Assembly: GCF_009914755.1 (NCBI RefSeq)
Contig: NC_060928.1
Strand: one strand, 5' to 3'
Source of the DNA: the human T2T-CHM13v2.0 reference genome, Homo sapiens
DNA: 64,000 bases
In this document: positions 63,050 to 64,000 of the stretch, piece by piece
Layout of the letters: the number at the start of each line of letters is the position of its first letter
How positions within the stretch are numbered: the stretch's first letter is position 1
Position numbers and translations under genes: made by a program
Notes under the pieces: generated by a model
What the model saw: the letters and a program-made list of their open reading frames with translations, nothing else
What the model was told of the DNA's origin: nothing
The model's database searches: none

Positions 63050-64000
63050 ACAGGTACCATACTGCTTTTCCTTGCCACTTCCAGGCCACTCTTTCCCTCC
63101 TCTCCCAAACTCCCAGCACTGAGTATCTTGTCATTAGATTTTGCAATCTACTGTCCTAATTATGACTGCCATCTACTGATCCCAGGTTATTTTGCATTAT
63201 TTTATACACTTTTAATTTCTGGATCATTGTCATTCTTTCCAGTACAACTTCAGGCTTAATTCTGGGTGACTTTGAAATACATGTAGAAGATTTTTCCAAC
63301 CACCTTGCTGGTCAGTCTTTTCAATGCCTCTTCTCCAACTGTCCTTGTCTTGTCTTCTTCAGTCATGCATTCCTATGATCATATAGTAGACCTATGTCAT
63401 TACTAATAACTGCAATCTGTTCACGGTCTAAATTTTATCCCTCCTCCTAAGTTTTCAATTTATTCCCTCTGTTATTCTGATCCTGATAATATTTTTACTC
63501 CAGTAAGACCTCTAATTCATTGGTTCTACAAGTTTTCTATTGTTCTTCAGCCCCTTCATGTTCTCTCTTCTTACTGAGCATACATCCCATGGGTAATAAA
63601 TCTAACCACTCCCTTGCATTCTCCCGCAAGCCCATCGTCTTGTCTTACTCAACTGGCAAAACCACAGTCCTTGGCTACTCTGTGGCATCACTCATGTTGC
63701 TGATGGTGGCTGAAGAAAAACATGCAGATAAGTTGGGTATTCCCACTGTGAGACCCAAATGAGCTATGAATGCTGCCTGGCAGTCATAAGCCATTTCCCT
63801 AGGTTGTTGTTTTCTTTCCTAGATTGATATTTTCTACCTTCTGCCCTGACTTCAGACTCGAGTTCTCCTTCCTTTTATTTTCTCTCAACTGATTACTTTC
63901 TTCACATTTTCACTGAGAAAATTAAAGCAATGAGAAAAGAACTTACACAGATTGCCACCATCACACCTATTACTTCATAGCACCTGCAACCAGACGATCT
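63050..64000 (+). mobile_element. Degenerate L2 ORF2 fragment
   Basis: ctgggtgactttgaa (LGDF endonuclease-like motif) and ttcactgagaaaattaaagcaatgaga (FTEKIKAMR). Confidence 0.6.

Overview
This is AT-rich human genomic DNA; a consensus-like AluYa5 points to human, and the chromosome cannot be determined. It is intergenic or intronic, with no supported functional protein-coding exon, and is dominated by transposable elements. The LINE-1 content includes a full-length but dead L1PA2-type element (2983-9033) nested in an older L1 3' end with both target-site duplications (TSDs) preserved, a twin-primed L1PA3-type insertion (43116-45384), two complementary L1PA16/17-type pieces and many L1M fragments. 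Also present are L2 and MIR fragments, about ten Alus, solo LTRs (THE1, MLT1, MLT2A, MER34-like, MER4-like) and DNA-transposon fossils. The only cellular-gene homology is an old intronless pseudogene fragment of the DENND3 5' region (minus strand, about 53065-54240), split by an AluJ. Notable structures are two locally templated insertions copied from one donor zone, a possible 5-kb inversion splitting an L1, a decayed palindrome of about 500 bp, (TA)n-anchored fold-back scars and a 76-bp duplication that frameshifts L1 ORF1. I found no evidence for a new multi-gene system. Repeat subfamily calls and consensus comparisons come from recalled sequences, not from database searches.
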